A stretch of DNA of 64,000 bases from Entomortierella parvispora E1425 (taxonomy: Eukaryota > Fungi > Mortierellomycota): the NCBI GenBank assembly GCA_020891255.1, contig BQFW01000004.1, forward strand, positions 62,001 through 126,000, given 5' to 3'. This document shows positions 13,190-26,390 of this stretch, in pieces (position 1 is the first letter of the stretch; every line of letters begins with the position of its first letter). A program made the position numbers and the translations under genes. The notes beneath the pieces were generated by a model. That model worked only from the letters and a program-made list of their open reading frames with translations. It was not told the origin of the DNA and made no database searches.

Positions 13190-14562
13190 ATGGCACCAAG
13201 ACTCATTGGTAATTAAAGAACACATTTCTCAGAGAAATGTGATCCACGGTCCCATCTGACAGCATTTCCGCTCCACTAGACATTGGCATCAACCTGACGG
13301 ACCCCATGTTCAGGGGAAACTATCATGGCAAACAGGCACACGCAGGTATGGACCAACCTTGGAACTGAGGCAACTGGTCTTCACATTGGGACCACAGAAT
13401 TTGGACGTTATCCAACAATTTCTCGCCTTTCCAATCTCTAGATGACCTTGAGCAGGTTTTGCTTCGAGCCAGTCGAGCAGGAGTAGATCGAATGATTGTC
13501 ACTGCTGGAAATATGGAGGACTGCCATTCAGCAATGGATCTCGTCAAAGACCATGGTATGGACGAACTAAGAACAGCCGTCAGTTGATTGTGCACTCCCT
13601 TTTCAGTTCTCTGATCAAGCTCTTTTTCTCTTTAGACCACTTGTTCATGACCGTGGGCTGTCATCCAACTCGTTGTTCGGAATTTGAAAGCCATAAAGGA
13701 GGGCCCGAGGGATATTTCAAGGAGCTCAAAGACATGATTGCGAATCCACCAGCCAAGGGCAAGATCGTCGCCATTGGAGAGTGTGGTCTTGGTAAGCAGT
13801 GCTTGTGAAAACGCGAAGAAACTCGTATGCAATCAACTCGACTAACTTTTGCGAACAACGCGACCTAGATTATGATCGCCTGCACTTTTGTCCCAAGGAG
13901 ACGCAGCAAAAGTATTTTGAACGTCAATTTGAGCTAGCAGAGGAATCTCGCCTCCCCATGTTCCTCCACGACCGAAACACTGGCTCGGATTTTACAGCAC
14001 TCATTACCAAACACCGTTCTCGATTCACAAATGGAGTCGTTCACTCTTTCACCGGAACCTTGGAAGAGATGAAGATCTATTTGGACCTAGGTTTATATAT
14101 TGGAATCAACGGGTGGTAAGTATGAGATAGTGATCCCTCAATGGAACTGCTCCGTTGTCAAACGTCGATCTATGTGCAAAGTGTTTTGGGCTAAACAAAT
14201 CGTTGCACCTTGGCACAAATAATAGCTCTCTGAAGACCGAAGAGAATTTGAAGGTTGCCGCCAGTGTACCTCTGGATAGACTCATGCTGGAGACAGACGG
14301 ACCCTGGTGCGACATCCGACCCACACACGCGTCGTTTAAGCACCTGGCCAAAATGACGCCTGAAGAGCAGGCGGTGTATAGCCCTCCATCCAAGAAAAAA
14401 GAGAGGTTCGAACTGGGCAGTATGGTCAAGAGCCGCAATGAGCCATGTACTATGGGCCAGGTGCTTCATGTTATGGCGTCTCTGCACGGGATGGGCGCGG
14501 AAGAGCTGGCGTCTGTTGTTTATGAGAATACTAGAAAAGTCTTCTTTCCTACACAGCAATAA
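13190..14562 (+). CDS. TATDN1: TatD-family DNase
   Basis: Spliced [44 protein letters not shown] and LETDGPWC. Five GT-AG introns. Confidence 0.93.
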
Positions 14563-14842
14563 ATGATGCCATCCTTGGTCCTTGGTGACTGCTGCGCTCA
14601 TGACAAATCGGAAGTCAGGTAAGGTTCTGTGTGCCGTTGAAGGGTCTTCCTTCTCACGGCGTGCGCTCTTCTTCTTTCTTCTTATCCTTTCACAGCAATT
14701 GAAGTCCACCTCCTCGCTCACGCTATTTCTACTCTCCACTCTTCACTTTCCACCTTCCACTCTCCGTTTTTTTTGCTCTCGCTCGTCTCGTCATTCATTC
14801 ACTTGCATCTCCTACCGTTTTTGAGGCAGGAGCACATTCACA

Positions 14843-17411
14843 ATGCAGGCAGCAGGCTACACTGCTGTCCCATTTCATGAGGACGGAGAGCTTCCCCCAA
14901 TCTATACCCCTTCAACAGATCACCACAAGAACCTACCGCACTTTACAGTGAGTTTCCTTGCCTTAACGTTCAATTGGCTGCTGAAGGAGGATACGGCACG
15001 CACATTGAACTTCAACGGCGTAAAACCCCACGCTTGTCTGACACCTCACTGTCTGCGCCTTTTGTTTTTAGTGGCGTGCTGTCGGTGTTGGTATCGGGAT
15101 TGGTACCCTCCTGTGCTTCACCAATATGTATTTCGGACTGCAAACGGGCTGGATCTCGATGATGTCTCTTCAGTCTTCCCTTCTCGGCTTTGCCATTTTT
15201 AAGGCGGCCGGACCCTGGTTGAAAACTCCTTTTGGCCCTGCAGAAAATATCGTCCTCCAATCAATTGCCGTCGCAACAGGCACCATGCCGTTGGCAGCAG
15301 GATTTGTGGGCATCATTCCGGCGCTGCAAATGATGACCAAGGAAGACAACCCATCGGGACCCGTGTTCTTGACAGCGACTCAAATGATTCTGTGGTGCTT
15401 GGCAATCGCGTTCTTTGGAGTTTTTATTGCAGTTCCATTGAGGCATCAGGTCATTATTAGGGAGAAACTTCCGTTCCCTTCTGGCACTGCCACGGCGCAG
15501 ATGATTGGCGTTCTGCACAATGCGCCGCTGGTGCGCAGTATTGGAGGTACTTCAACCTCGACGGCTGATGAGAATGATGGCGTGAGAAGGAGACGAGGAC
15601 GTCAAGGTCAACGCTCGGAGGACGATGCCCATGGCGAGATTGTGCCTGTAAGTGGTCGTCATGATCAAGGAAGAAAAAAGGACTATCGGAGCACGTCGAT
15701 CAGCCCTGTTCTGGCATCTCAACCACCACCTCTGGGACAGTTGGTCCCCTTAGATGTCAGTCCGATCAGCAGCCTGAATGGAGACTCCGACGACCGATCA
15801 GGCCAATTCAGCTCCAATGACGCCCAATCCTCAGGACGAATCGAGATTGGAGGCGAGGACGGCGAGTTCAGTCTGGACGAATCCTTTTTGCAGGCCGACA
15901 ATTGGCGGATCAACATGTTGGCCCTTGGACTTTCGTTTACGTTCTCTGGCCTGTACACGGTCTTGTCTTACTTTGTGCCCATGATTGCGGCCATCCCAGT
16001 CTTTGATTGGCTTTCCTTTGGCACGATTGCGTTCGGCTCCACCTGGCAATGGTTCTTCACCCCCTCTTTGAGTTATATTGGACAAGGTGTCATCATGGGA
16101 TTCCCAACAACAGCCTCCATGTTACTGGGCTGCGTAGTTGGATGGGGAATTTTGTCCCCCTTGGCCACCTTGAACAAGTGGGTCCTTGGACCAGTTTCGA
16201 GTTCAATGGATGGTGCACGTGGATGGATCCTCTGGATTTCACTTGGAGTCATGATTGCGGAATCCATTGTTTCTCTCTTGGGCGTTGTAGTTCTGTCATT
16301 GATCGCTCACAGGAGGTACAGGATTCGATTGCAGCGTCATGCCGAAAGGAGAAGACTCCTTGAGTCCTCCACAGCAGAGGCGTCTTCTAGTCTAATCGGA
16401 GGCAACTGCCACACTGAATTCCAAGACTTGGATACTTACAACGAGGATGACGACGAGGACGCGCCGATCGATCAACTGGTCCCTCTCAAAATCTGGGTCT
16501 GTGGCCTGATCCTGTCCTCCCTTCTCTGCCTTCTCCTTATCTGGGTTGTCTTCCATGACCAGCACATGCCTGTCTATGCCACTGTCCTCGCGCTTGCCCT
16601 CGGTTCCCTGCTCTCTGTCCTCGGAGTCCGCGCGTTGGGCTCTACAGATCTCAATCCTGTGAGCGGTATTGGCAAAGTCTCTCAATTCGTATTTGCGGGA
16701 GTCGTCCCAGGAGGTATTGTTGCCAATTTGATTGCCGGTGGCATCGCTGAAGCTGGCGCTCAGCAGGCCGGTGATTTGATGCAGGATCTGAAGACCGGTC
16801 ACCTGATGGGTGCATCCCCCAAAGCTCAGTTCTGGGGTCAGCTCATTGGATCCTTGGCGTCCGTGTTCATCTCCACTGGAGTTTACAAGCTGTACTCGTC
16901 CGCTTACGAGTTACCGGGTCCTCAGTTTGCAGTGCCCACAGCCAAAGTCTGGTTGGACTTGGCTCGGTTGGTGAATGGACATTCGTTGCCAGAACACACT
17001 GTGCCGTTTATCATTGGCTTTGCGACGCTATTTGGAGGACTGACGATCCTGACGACAGTGTATTCAGATGTGGCTGCCGCCAAGAAGGAGCATGGAAAGG
17101 AGCAGAGTCGACCTAAGTGGCTGACCTATGTCCCCTCAGGAATTGCGTTCGCCATTGGAATGTACAACCTGCCCAACTTTACGTTGGCCCGATTCATTGG
17201 AGGGTCGGTGTCGGTGGGTTGGGATTGGTACTGCAAGCAGCACCCGAGCCAGCGGTATGCAAAGCTAGGACGCGTGTTCTTGATCATTATCGCGTCTGGG
17301 TTCGTGCTCGGCGAGGGTACGCTGTCGATTGTGAACCTGGTCCTCAAGTCGTATGGCGTGCACTCCTGGACATGCTGGGGATGTCAGGAGGGTATTTGCT
17401 TCTGCAACTAG
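14843..17411 (+). CDS. OPT-family oligopeptide transporter (YSL/YGL114W-like clade)
   Basis: NMYFGLQTGW, ENIVLQSIAVA, LPFPSGTATA, DLNPVSGIGK and GDLMQDLKTGHL motifs. One intron at 14948-15071. Confidence 0.92.
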
Positions 17412-17714
17412 GGGTTTACAGCAGAGAAGAAGGAGGGGGAAGAAGGAGAGAAAGGATACCCTATTTCATTTTTTGTAAATATATCTGTTGATTTGACCTT
17501 CATTTGACCTTTGTAAACACAACGCGGGGCTGCAAATCGACAACAACAAAAAGCGCGTCTGCCCTCGATCGCCACCAAAACAGACAATGGCCAGAGCCAC
17601 ACGTTGCATTCCTTGCTTCCCTCCCTTCACATTCCCCTGTCGTCCTTCCTCCTCTTCTCCCCCTGAATCGCATTCCCTCGCTGCAGTCCCCATTGCGCGA
17701 TCTCAACTCCCGTC

Positions 17715-20700
17715 ATGGTAGGCTCACGAGAATGAAGAAGGTCTTTTACTGGCAGCTTGCTTGCTTTTATAGCATGAGAATAACCCCCTGAGCTCATTCC
17801 AATAGGTGGAAACAACGAAGATTGCCCATCGCATGAAGCGAAGCGATGGCACCCTGGCGCTTTCATCCCCAACGGCCACAGCAAAGTTGCCTTCTGATTC
17901 AAAAAAACGGAAAGGCTCCACCATCAAGTCGAGCGGATTCAGCGGCTATGGGATCGACTCGGACCCAGGGGAAGAGCAGGACGAAAACCAGCCCGTTCCT
18001 GAAAACTCGACTGCGGAAAGTCGTCTGAAGAAAGGTGGCTCCAAGGGCAAGTCTGTGGGTGAGGCGCCCCCTACAAAGAAGCAAAAGACCCCTGTGGTGG
18101 CAGACGTCCATCAAATGGCGTTCAGGAACTATTTCACCAAGGAGCGCACGACGACCACACCCTTGTCACCAATGCCTTTATCCCAGCTCCCCCTTCGTTC
18201 CATCGCCACAGATGATACCAACCGTTCCCTCACAGACAATCTAGTCTCGAGTGCGGTCGATCTAGAGGCTGTCCATGATACAGGAGCAACAAAGCCTAGG
18301 CATCCTATCTCCCCTAAAGAGCCTACGCAGACGAAGGAAAGGAGCCTTAAAGCAGTCAATGGAAACAACAAGTCAGTACCATCGACAACAGAGTCGTCCC
18401 TGGAGAAAAAGGGATCTCCTGCCAAAAACACCATCAAAGGCAAAGGTAGCAAAAGCGCTGCGACTCGTACTCCACTGGATGGTGAACCATCAGAAAACGC
18501 TCCCACGTCCACAAAACCCACACCAAAGCGGTCCAAATCTGAGGATGATGATCTCGACTCGAATGAACTGAAGGTCGAGAAGACGGTCCCCGTTCGCTCT
18601 GTTCGAGATTTCTTTGCCGTGAAGCAAGTTGTCAAGAAGGACTCCAAGGTCAATGAGAACAACCCTCATGCTGCCGTTGGGAAGGATCTTCTTGTTGCTG
18701 AGTCTGTTGATACTCCAGCCTTATCAGACGATGACCCAATGACCCACGCCACTAAGGGTGCGAATTCTGTGCCAGAAAAAGAGAATGAGGCGGCGATTCA
18801 GATGAACGACATCGTACGGCCTTCAACCCTCGTCGAAAAGGATTCTGTAGCGCATGTTTCTTTACCTGAGGTCATGGTTGAGTCAACCTTGATGGATAAT
18901 GACGGTGATGATGCCCCCATGATCCAGGAACCAGAGCCAGAACCAGAACCAGAGGTGGCTCCTCGTCGACCAAGGAGAAGGCTTTTCCGAGTTTCCGACA
19001 TTGCAGCTCAAATGAAGAATGACACAGATGAAGAACCGACTCCACCAAAGAAGGCCGCAAAGGCTGTACCGGTTGTTGAAATCTCGTCTTCTGAATCAGA
19101 CGCAAACTCGCCAGATCGAGATCTAGAGCCAGAGCCAGAGCCAGAGTCTGCGGATCAAATTGCGCAGGTCAAATTGATGCGAGGCTTCTTTACAACCAAG
19201 CCGCCGACGTCAGACACAGTGAAACCAGCGACTGACTCTTCCGTAAAGCCTGACAGGAAGGTGCCCCTCCCCAAGCCCAAGAAGCCAGTGCCGACAAAAA
19301 GCAAGCCGCGGAAAAAAAGAAGCGCGTTTTCCGACTCGGAGGGATCTGGATCCGAATACGATAGCAGGAACTCTGATGATGATTCAGACAGGGAACCCAA
19401 AGAAGAAGAAAAGCCCGACCCCAACCAAAAAGCAATCACTTCCATGTTCACAAAGTCGCTTGCTCGGCCGACATCAATCTACCCGCGCGAACCAGAGAAG
19501 AAGAAGCCAAAGATGACTGCACGATCGAGGTCCCTACTTTCCGGAGGACTGTCAAACTACTCGAATACTTGCTATCTCAATTCAGTCCTTCAGACGTTCA
19601 GGAATATTCCGGGGTGCACAGAGACGCTGTTCACAATCCGTGACAAAATGGAGGCTGTAGAGGCAAGCTCAGGATCTCTGGACAAGATCTCTGAGTACCA
19701 GAGAATGCTCTTTGAAAACATTCTGCAGGTCCTTCGCACCCTGGACCAGAAGGAGAAGGGTGAAGGAGATGATGGCGAAAGAACCGCATATCCAAAGGAT
19801 GTTATTGCGTGTCTCAGGTACGAACAGATCTAATGAGCATCATGAAATCATGGATACTGCAGCTAAACTAATGGACCGCGAAATCCAATGTTCAACCTTT
19901 AGACAAGGAGATTCGCTTTTCAACACCTCTGATCAACAGGATGCGGCCGAGTTTTTGTTTTACGTTATCAGCTTGTTTGACGATGTCATCAAGGCGGTGC
20001 AGACTCCTCAGGATAACGCGCAGGCCGACACCGAGAAGAGAGAGTCTCCTGAATGGCACCCCATCAATGACCTCTTTCAGGTTGGGACGCAGACTGTAGC
20101 GCATTGTCAGCAATGCTTGTTTATCTCAACTCATTCGGATCGAGGGATCGACCTGACTGTACAAATTGACAACGATAATCCCACCATGATTCGGGACTTA
20201 GAATGGGGCATCTCGGAAACGATGAAGACTGAGCACATGAAGGACGACAATCAGAGATTCTGCGACAAATGTTCACAGAAGGCGGATGCGCACGTTCATC
20301 ACTACTTCACCTCACTGCCAAGGATCATGATCCTGCGACTTCAGCGGTACAATTTCATGGAAGGGGCTGTGAAGTTGCAAAATGAGGTTTCATGCACAGA
20401 GGAGATAAACTTTTCCAAGTGGATGTCCAAGTCGTACAAGGGAGCAGATCCACGATATGGTACCAGTTGCTTTTATTGACGTATATAGTTCATTTGCCTT
20501 GCCAGTTCCTTTCTAACTTCTCTATCTATGTGGTTCTAGAACTCTGTGCCATTTTGATTCATCGAGGACGAGTCATCACCTCTGGGCACTATTACGTCTA
20601 CATCAAAAAGACAACTGAGATTGAGACCACGACCACAGACAGCGATGGGGAGACAATCTCCGAAAAGAAGACCTATCAATGGTAAGAATGAAGATGATTT

Positions 20701-20969
20701 TGCAAAGGCATGTACGACATTGCCAATCTGACTGGTCCACTGACGAATACTCTATGCTCGTAATTCATAGGCTCAAGTACAACGACTCGAGTGTCTTGCC
20801 TGTCACGGAAGAAGGCATGGCAAAGATATTTTCGGGAAAAGTCAGCGGACTAGGTGCTTACGAGGGCCTGGAGGAGACCAACACCTCAAGCCTTTTCCAA
20901 CGACTGGACGTGGGTGAGGACGATATGGCGACGCCGTATGTGTACATTTATCAGCGGATAGACGGCTAG
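17715..20969 (+). CDS. Ubiquitin C-terminal hydrolase (USP/C19) with a long disordered N-terminus
   Basis: Cys box GLSNYSNTCYLNSVLQ, QQDAAEFL, His box HRGRVITSGHYYVY and YNDSSV. The probable first exon is ATG only (17715-17717). Confidence 0.9.
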
Positions 20970-21269
20970 CTGTTGTATTTCTAAAAAAAAAAAATCCAAA
21001 ATCCGACAGAACCATGGGTCCCCAGGCGCGATGCAGTAGTTGCGAATGAAGAGAATACCGTGATAGGGGCATTATGTGACTGCATTGTTTTGAATTCTCC
21101 CACTGCTCCATTGCTCGAGACCACGAAAACACCACAAAACACAGACGGCGCCCTCGCCGTGCCAGCCTGCCAGCACCCCCAGGCAGTAGGGCCAGGTTTC
21201 TGTTGTTTTTTTTTTTCTTTTTCTTGAATCTTCTCTCTTTCACCCTCACCCATCAATCATACTCCCACC

Positions 21270-23090
21270 ATGAGCAAGACCGCCGACAAGAAGAAGCTGA
21301 CCGTTGCAGCCCAGGAGACTGAGGACTTCACCGTCGCGTAAGGCCTTCTCCTTTCCCTCCTTCCTCCCTTTTTTTTTTCTTTTTTTTCTTCTTCCTCGCA
21401 TTGCATACTTGGATTCGACTCTCCCTTGGACCCTGGGACCCCCTGGACCTTGTCCAGTCATTAACTTTCTCTATACCCCCAAAACTACGACTATCACCCT
21501 TTCAACAACGGCCAGTGGATTTCCTGGACTTATTTCTCATATCCTCCTACTCCTCTTTCGCCAAATCGGCAAGGCTGATTACAGCGCAATGAGCTAACAT
21601 TGATCTTTCTCTACCTTTATAGCAACACCGATGTTCTCACCAAGTACAAGGCTGCTGCCGATATCACCAACCGTAAGAACCGCTTTTCAACGGACAGCCG
21701 CAATGGACTGGACAATGCTTTTTTTTTGCTGCAAGAGAACAGAGCGCCGTCAGGGCAACATTGGATAGAAGCGCCACGTTACTCAATTGTGCTTCCCACG
21801 GTGCCTTTCCTTCAATTTAGGTGTTATCGCTCTGGTTGCTGCTGCTTGCGTTGACGGAGCTTCCATTTTGGAGATCTGCGTGAACGGTGACAAGGCCATT
21901 GAGGAGGGTGTCAAGACCGTCTACACCAAGGGCAAGATCAACAAGGGTAAATATCGACTGATGATTGTCTGGACACTATATTGTTGAGGGATTCATCTGG
22001 ATATAGGGCAGAAGACTGACAGTTGCTGCGTGTAATTTCCTTTAGGTGTTGGTTTCCCCACCTGCATCTCCGTCAACAACACCATCTGCCACTTCTCTCC
22101 CCTCGCCTCTGAGGCCGAGGGCCCCAAGTTGAAGACCGGCGATATGGTCAAGGTGTACGTATTCGACGAGCAATTGGACCACAGAGCATCCTAGTACTCG
22201 ACCCATTCCTACTCTGGATGACTAACAGGCGCTCTTTTTGGTGATACTTTAGTGAGCTCGGTGCCCAGATCGATGGATATGGTGCCATTGCTGCCACCAC
22301 CGTCGTTGTTGGTGCCTCCAAGGAGAACCCCATCAAGGGTAAGCAGGCTGATGTCCTCATGGCTGCCTACCAGGCTGCTGAGGCCGCTGTCCGTTTGATC
22401 CGTGCCGGTAACGCCAACACCCCCATCACCGACAACGTCCAGCGCATTGCTGCCGCTTACGGATGCAAGCCCGTCGAGGGCATGCTCTCCCACCAGCAGG
22501 AGAAGAACGTTATTGATGGCAAGAAGCAGATCATCCTCAACCCCACCGAGGGTCAGCGTCAGGACTTTGAGAAGTGCACCTTCTCCGAGAACGAGGTCTA
22601 CTGCGTTGACATTATGGTCTCTTCCGGCGACGGCAAGATCAAGAACAACGCTTCCCGCACCACCATCTACAAGAAGACTGCCACCAACTACAGCTTGAAG
22701 ATGCAGACTTCCCGCGTTGTTCTCTCCGAGATCACCAAGAAGTTTGGTCAGTTCCCCTTCAACTTGCGCCAGATGGATGATGAGCGCAAGGCCCGCATGG
22801 GTCTCCTCGAGTGCACCAAGCACAACGTCGTCACTGCCTACGACGTCATGGAGGAGAAGGAGGGTGAGTTTGTTGCCCAGTTCTTGTTCACCGTCTGCGT
22901 CATGCCTTCGGGCCCTCTCCGCATCACCAACACCCCCATCGATCTCGAGTTGATCCAGACCGAGAAGAAGATTGAGGATGAGGAGATTGTCAAGCTCTTG
23001 GCCTCCGAGATCAAGCCCAAGAAGAAGAGCGCCAACAAGAAGAAGAAGGCCGAGGCTGCTGCTGCTGCCGGCGAGGAGAAGAAGGAATAA
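21270..23090 (+). CDS. PA2G4: Proliferation-associated 2G4/EBP1/Cdb4 (M24 fold)
   Basis: [50 protein letters not shown] and a lysine-rich C-terminus. Strong codon bias. Four GT-AG introns. Confidence 0.93.
21954..22024 (+). ncRNA. Candidate intronic C/D-box snoRNA
   Basis: Inside PA2G4 intron 3 (21947-22045): TGATGA at 21959-21964, C'-like TGTTGA at about 21982, and CTGA at 22016-22019 preceded by ATAGGGCAGAA, the reverse complement of the conserved 18S segment UUCUGCCCUAU (rRNA sequence recalled from memory). Confidence 0.4.
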
Positions 23091-23832
23091 ATGCAAAAAG
23101 AAGTGTTGCGAAGAGGGTTGATGACATGTTTTTTTACCTTTTATACTTTGTCCCTGCAAAGCGAGAATTTTATGTTGATTTTCATTCATTCATTTCGATC
23201 ATATTGAAATTGGGTTGAACTCTAGAACAAGGAAAGAGAGCCAGTGCGAACGGACGGACCCACCTTTGTCTCTTCCGTTTTTCCTTGTTTTATCGTGTGT
23301 GTGGTGGGTGTGTATGCGCTCGTGTCACAAACGTTCCTTCTCCACTGGAGTGAACCCTGTCGTTGGCACGCACTGCGGGCGACGTTCTGGTTATTACAAT
23401 CTCCCATCATGCACTCCCTTGTTGCCCCCACTGCCTTTCATTGTCTCATTGTCCCCCACTGCCCCCCACCCTCTTGTCAGTCTTTACAAAGATACATGCA
23501 CGTCGGGCACGCATTCAACTTTTGATCGGCCCTATCAAAGGGGGGTAATCGTTTAAAATATCCCCCGCTTGATCACTGTTAGTGTGCCTGTGTTCCCAAG
23601 CAGAGCAATGGTGCCGGGACATGAATGAGCCGGTGTTTACAGCCACAATCGTGGAAGGTGCTCTCCTACTAAATACCTAAGAACCCTTCCACTTTTTTTT
23701 TTTTTTTTTTTTTTTTTCATTTCTTTTTCTTTCCCTCGCACATCTTTCATCACTCTACTATTCCCTCGCTCCTTCATCCCCCTTTCACTCCACTCAACAT
23801 AGCACAGCAACAATCCTTTTTGTTTGTCCACA

Positions 23833-26001
23833 ATGGCCCCTCCTACCACTGCTGTCCGTTCCCACGGGGCGTCACTCATCTCGACCTTTTTGCAAGAACT
23901 CTTCACAAAGACCTCGGCGAAAAAGTTCCTTGGCCTGTATGTCCTCTGGATCTTGATCAAATACCGTCGAACGGCTCTGGGTACTCGTCCTCGCTCTGAC
24001 CTGAAGGGTCCTCACGGCCTGCCTCTGATTGGCAACTTTTGGGGAGCGGCCACCCTGCACCGTGAAAAGTTCTTGCAGAACCAGATCGACAACTTTGCAA
24101 AGTACGGCCCTGTTTGGGCGATCACGGTTCCCTTTATCGGTCGTGTCATCACTTTCAAGGATCCCGAGGTGATCGATCACATTCTCCGGTCCAACTTCTG
24201 GTCATATGAAAAGGGGCCTCGATTCAAGGAGGGTCTCTTTCCCTTGGTGGGAGAAGGTACTGAAAAAAAAAAAAAGAAAGGAACATGAGACAGAAAAAAA
24301 AAATTGAAGAACGGCTGCCGAAGCGAGTGTAGCAATCAAGAGAGCCAGAGAACTAACCCACATTGCTTTCCATCGACTCTTTGTTGATCTTTGCACATGT
24401 AACGGTCAGGCATCTTTAGCGCCGATGGTCAGGTAAGGTTACTCTTTCCTTTCGATCCCGGAAAAGAGGAGAGCATTCGGGGCCTCAAAAGAGTAAAAAA
24501 AAAAAAGCCGAAAAGAAGGCGCTCTCAGCAATCTTCCCAACTGCGACGGAAAGGGTTTTCCGCGTGCAATTGGATTATCTTTTCTCATGCATTGTGCTTA
24601 CTGACCGGCTCTCTCGCTTTTTTGATCTTCCACTGCTACTCCACACACCTTAAAACAACAGCACTGGAAATGGCAACGAAAGACTGCCAGTCATATCTTT
24701 TCGGTCAAGACCTTCCGAACCTACACGTCCGACGTCTTTTGCCGCGAAATGGAGCTGGTGATTGATTACCTGAACACGATCGCCGACACGGGCAAGCAGG
24801 TCGATGCCCAAGACATCTTTTACTCGTTCACGCTCGACAGCTTTGGAGAGATTGCGTTCGGAAAGTCCTTTGGATGCCTGGACGACCCCGAGAAGGATGT
24901 CCCTTTTGCCAAAGCCTTTGATCGTCTGAACCATGGTGTGGCTGGTCGTTTCAACAACCCCATGTGGAAGGTCAAGGATTGGTGGACAGGCAATGATATT
25001 CAAGTTAAGAAGGACAGCAAATTCCTTCATGACGAGGCATTGGTCATGATTGAGAAGCGTCGCGAGGAGAACCGATTGAACCCCGAAAGCCAGACCAAGC
25101 GCGACTTGTTGCAGCTCTTTTTGGATGTCACAGACGACGACGGCAATCCTCTTTCGGATGACATGTTGATTGATTCGATCTTGAGCTTTATCGTTGCCGG
25201 AAGAGACACGACTGCCCAGGCACTGAGGTATTCAATTCATTTCTGTCTTATTTTTGAATGGTTGTTCTCTTTCCTCTTTTTTTTTTGCTAACGATTGAAT
25301 GGCAAAATATTTTAGCTGGACCTTCTATTTGATGCACCGCGCTGGCAGTGATCCTGAGATTGCGGCCAATCTGCGCAAGGAGGCCGATGAAATCCTTCAG
25401 GGCGGACTCCCGACCTACGAGAGCACCAAGAAGCAGCGGTACGCCGAGGCCTGTTTCTATGAGGCCCTTCGACTCTACCCTGTCGTGCCCAAGAACATCA
25501 AGACCTGCATTGAAGACGATGTCTTGCCGGGAGGCATTCGCGTCTACAAGGGCGAGCGTATTGCCTGGAGCAATTACGCCATGGGTAGAGAAACTTCATT
25601 GTGGGGTCCCGATGCTGAGGTCTACAGACCTGAGCGCTGGCTCAATAGCGAGAAGCCCTCGTCTTCCAAGTTTGCCGCATTCCATCATGGCCCTCGCACA
25701 TGGTATGAGCCATTTTTTGTTGTTGTTATTGTTGATTTTTTGTCATGCAGATGAAGAAAGACGGGATGTTTCCAATGATACTGATAAACGCATTACGCAC
25801 CCTTTTCTTTCTATGTTTGCATTTGCTAGTCTTGGCCAGCAGTTTGCCACGATTGAAGCAATCACGTTGATGTCCATGTTGGCCCAAAAGTTCACGTTTG
25901 AGCTCGTGGATCCATCTATGGCTCCTGATTACGCTCCCAGTCTGACGTTGCCCATGAAGCGCGGACTCCCTATCCGTGTCTACCGCCGGAAGGACATTTA
26001 A
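23833..26001 (+). CDS. Cytochrome P450, CYP86/94/704-like fatty-acid hydroxylase type
   Basis: GIFSADGQHWKWQRK, AGRDTTA, EALR, PERW, and heme motif FHHGPRTCLGQQFA (split by an intron). A 23-nt microexon at 24410-24432. Confidence 0.92.
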
Positions 26002-26390
26002 GCGCGGCGCGTGTGTTCCGTCCATCCCCATTATCTTGTACTTTTCCCGCACCCTAGTTTTCATGCCTTCATAGTCATAGTTTATATAGTCTGTGCCTGA
26101 CATGGCGTTTGCCCCTCCCTCCGGCAAAATACAAAAGAGTATATCCGTTCTTAACTGCACAGGCGGGCGCAGCGCGGTTACGAATGAACGTCAGGGTTCA
26201 ATGAGGCGTCCGTGGGTATGTTTGTTATGAACGGCAGACGGAAGCTCTCATTCCGCACCACAACGTCCCAAACTGCAAATCAGCGTCGAACCAGCGCATT
26301 TAAGGGCTGCCTTTCCCTTTTTGGACCTTCTGAACCACCTGCGACGAAGTGAAGGGCGATTATCATTTCCGCAAAGGAACATCATCCACC

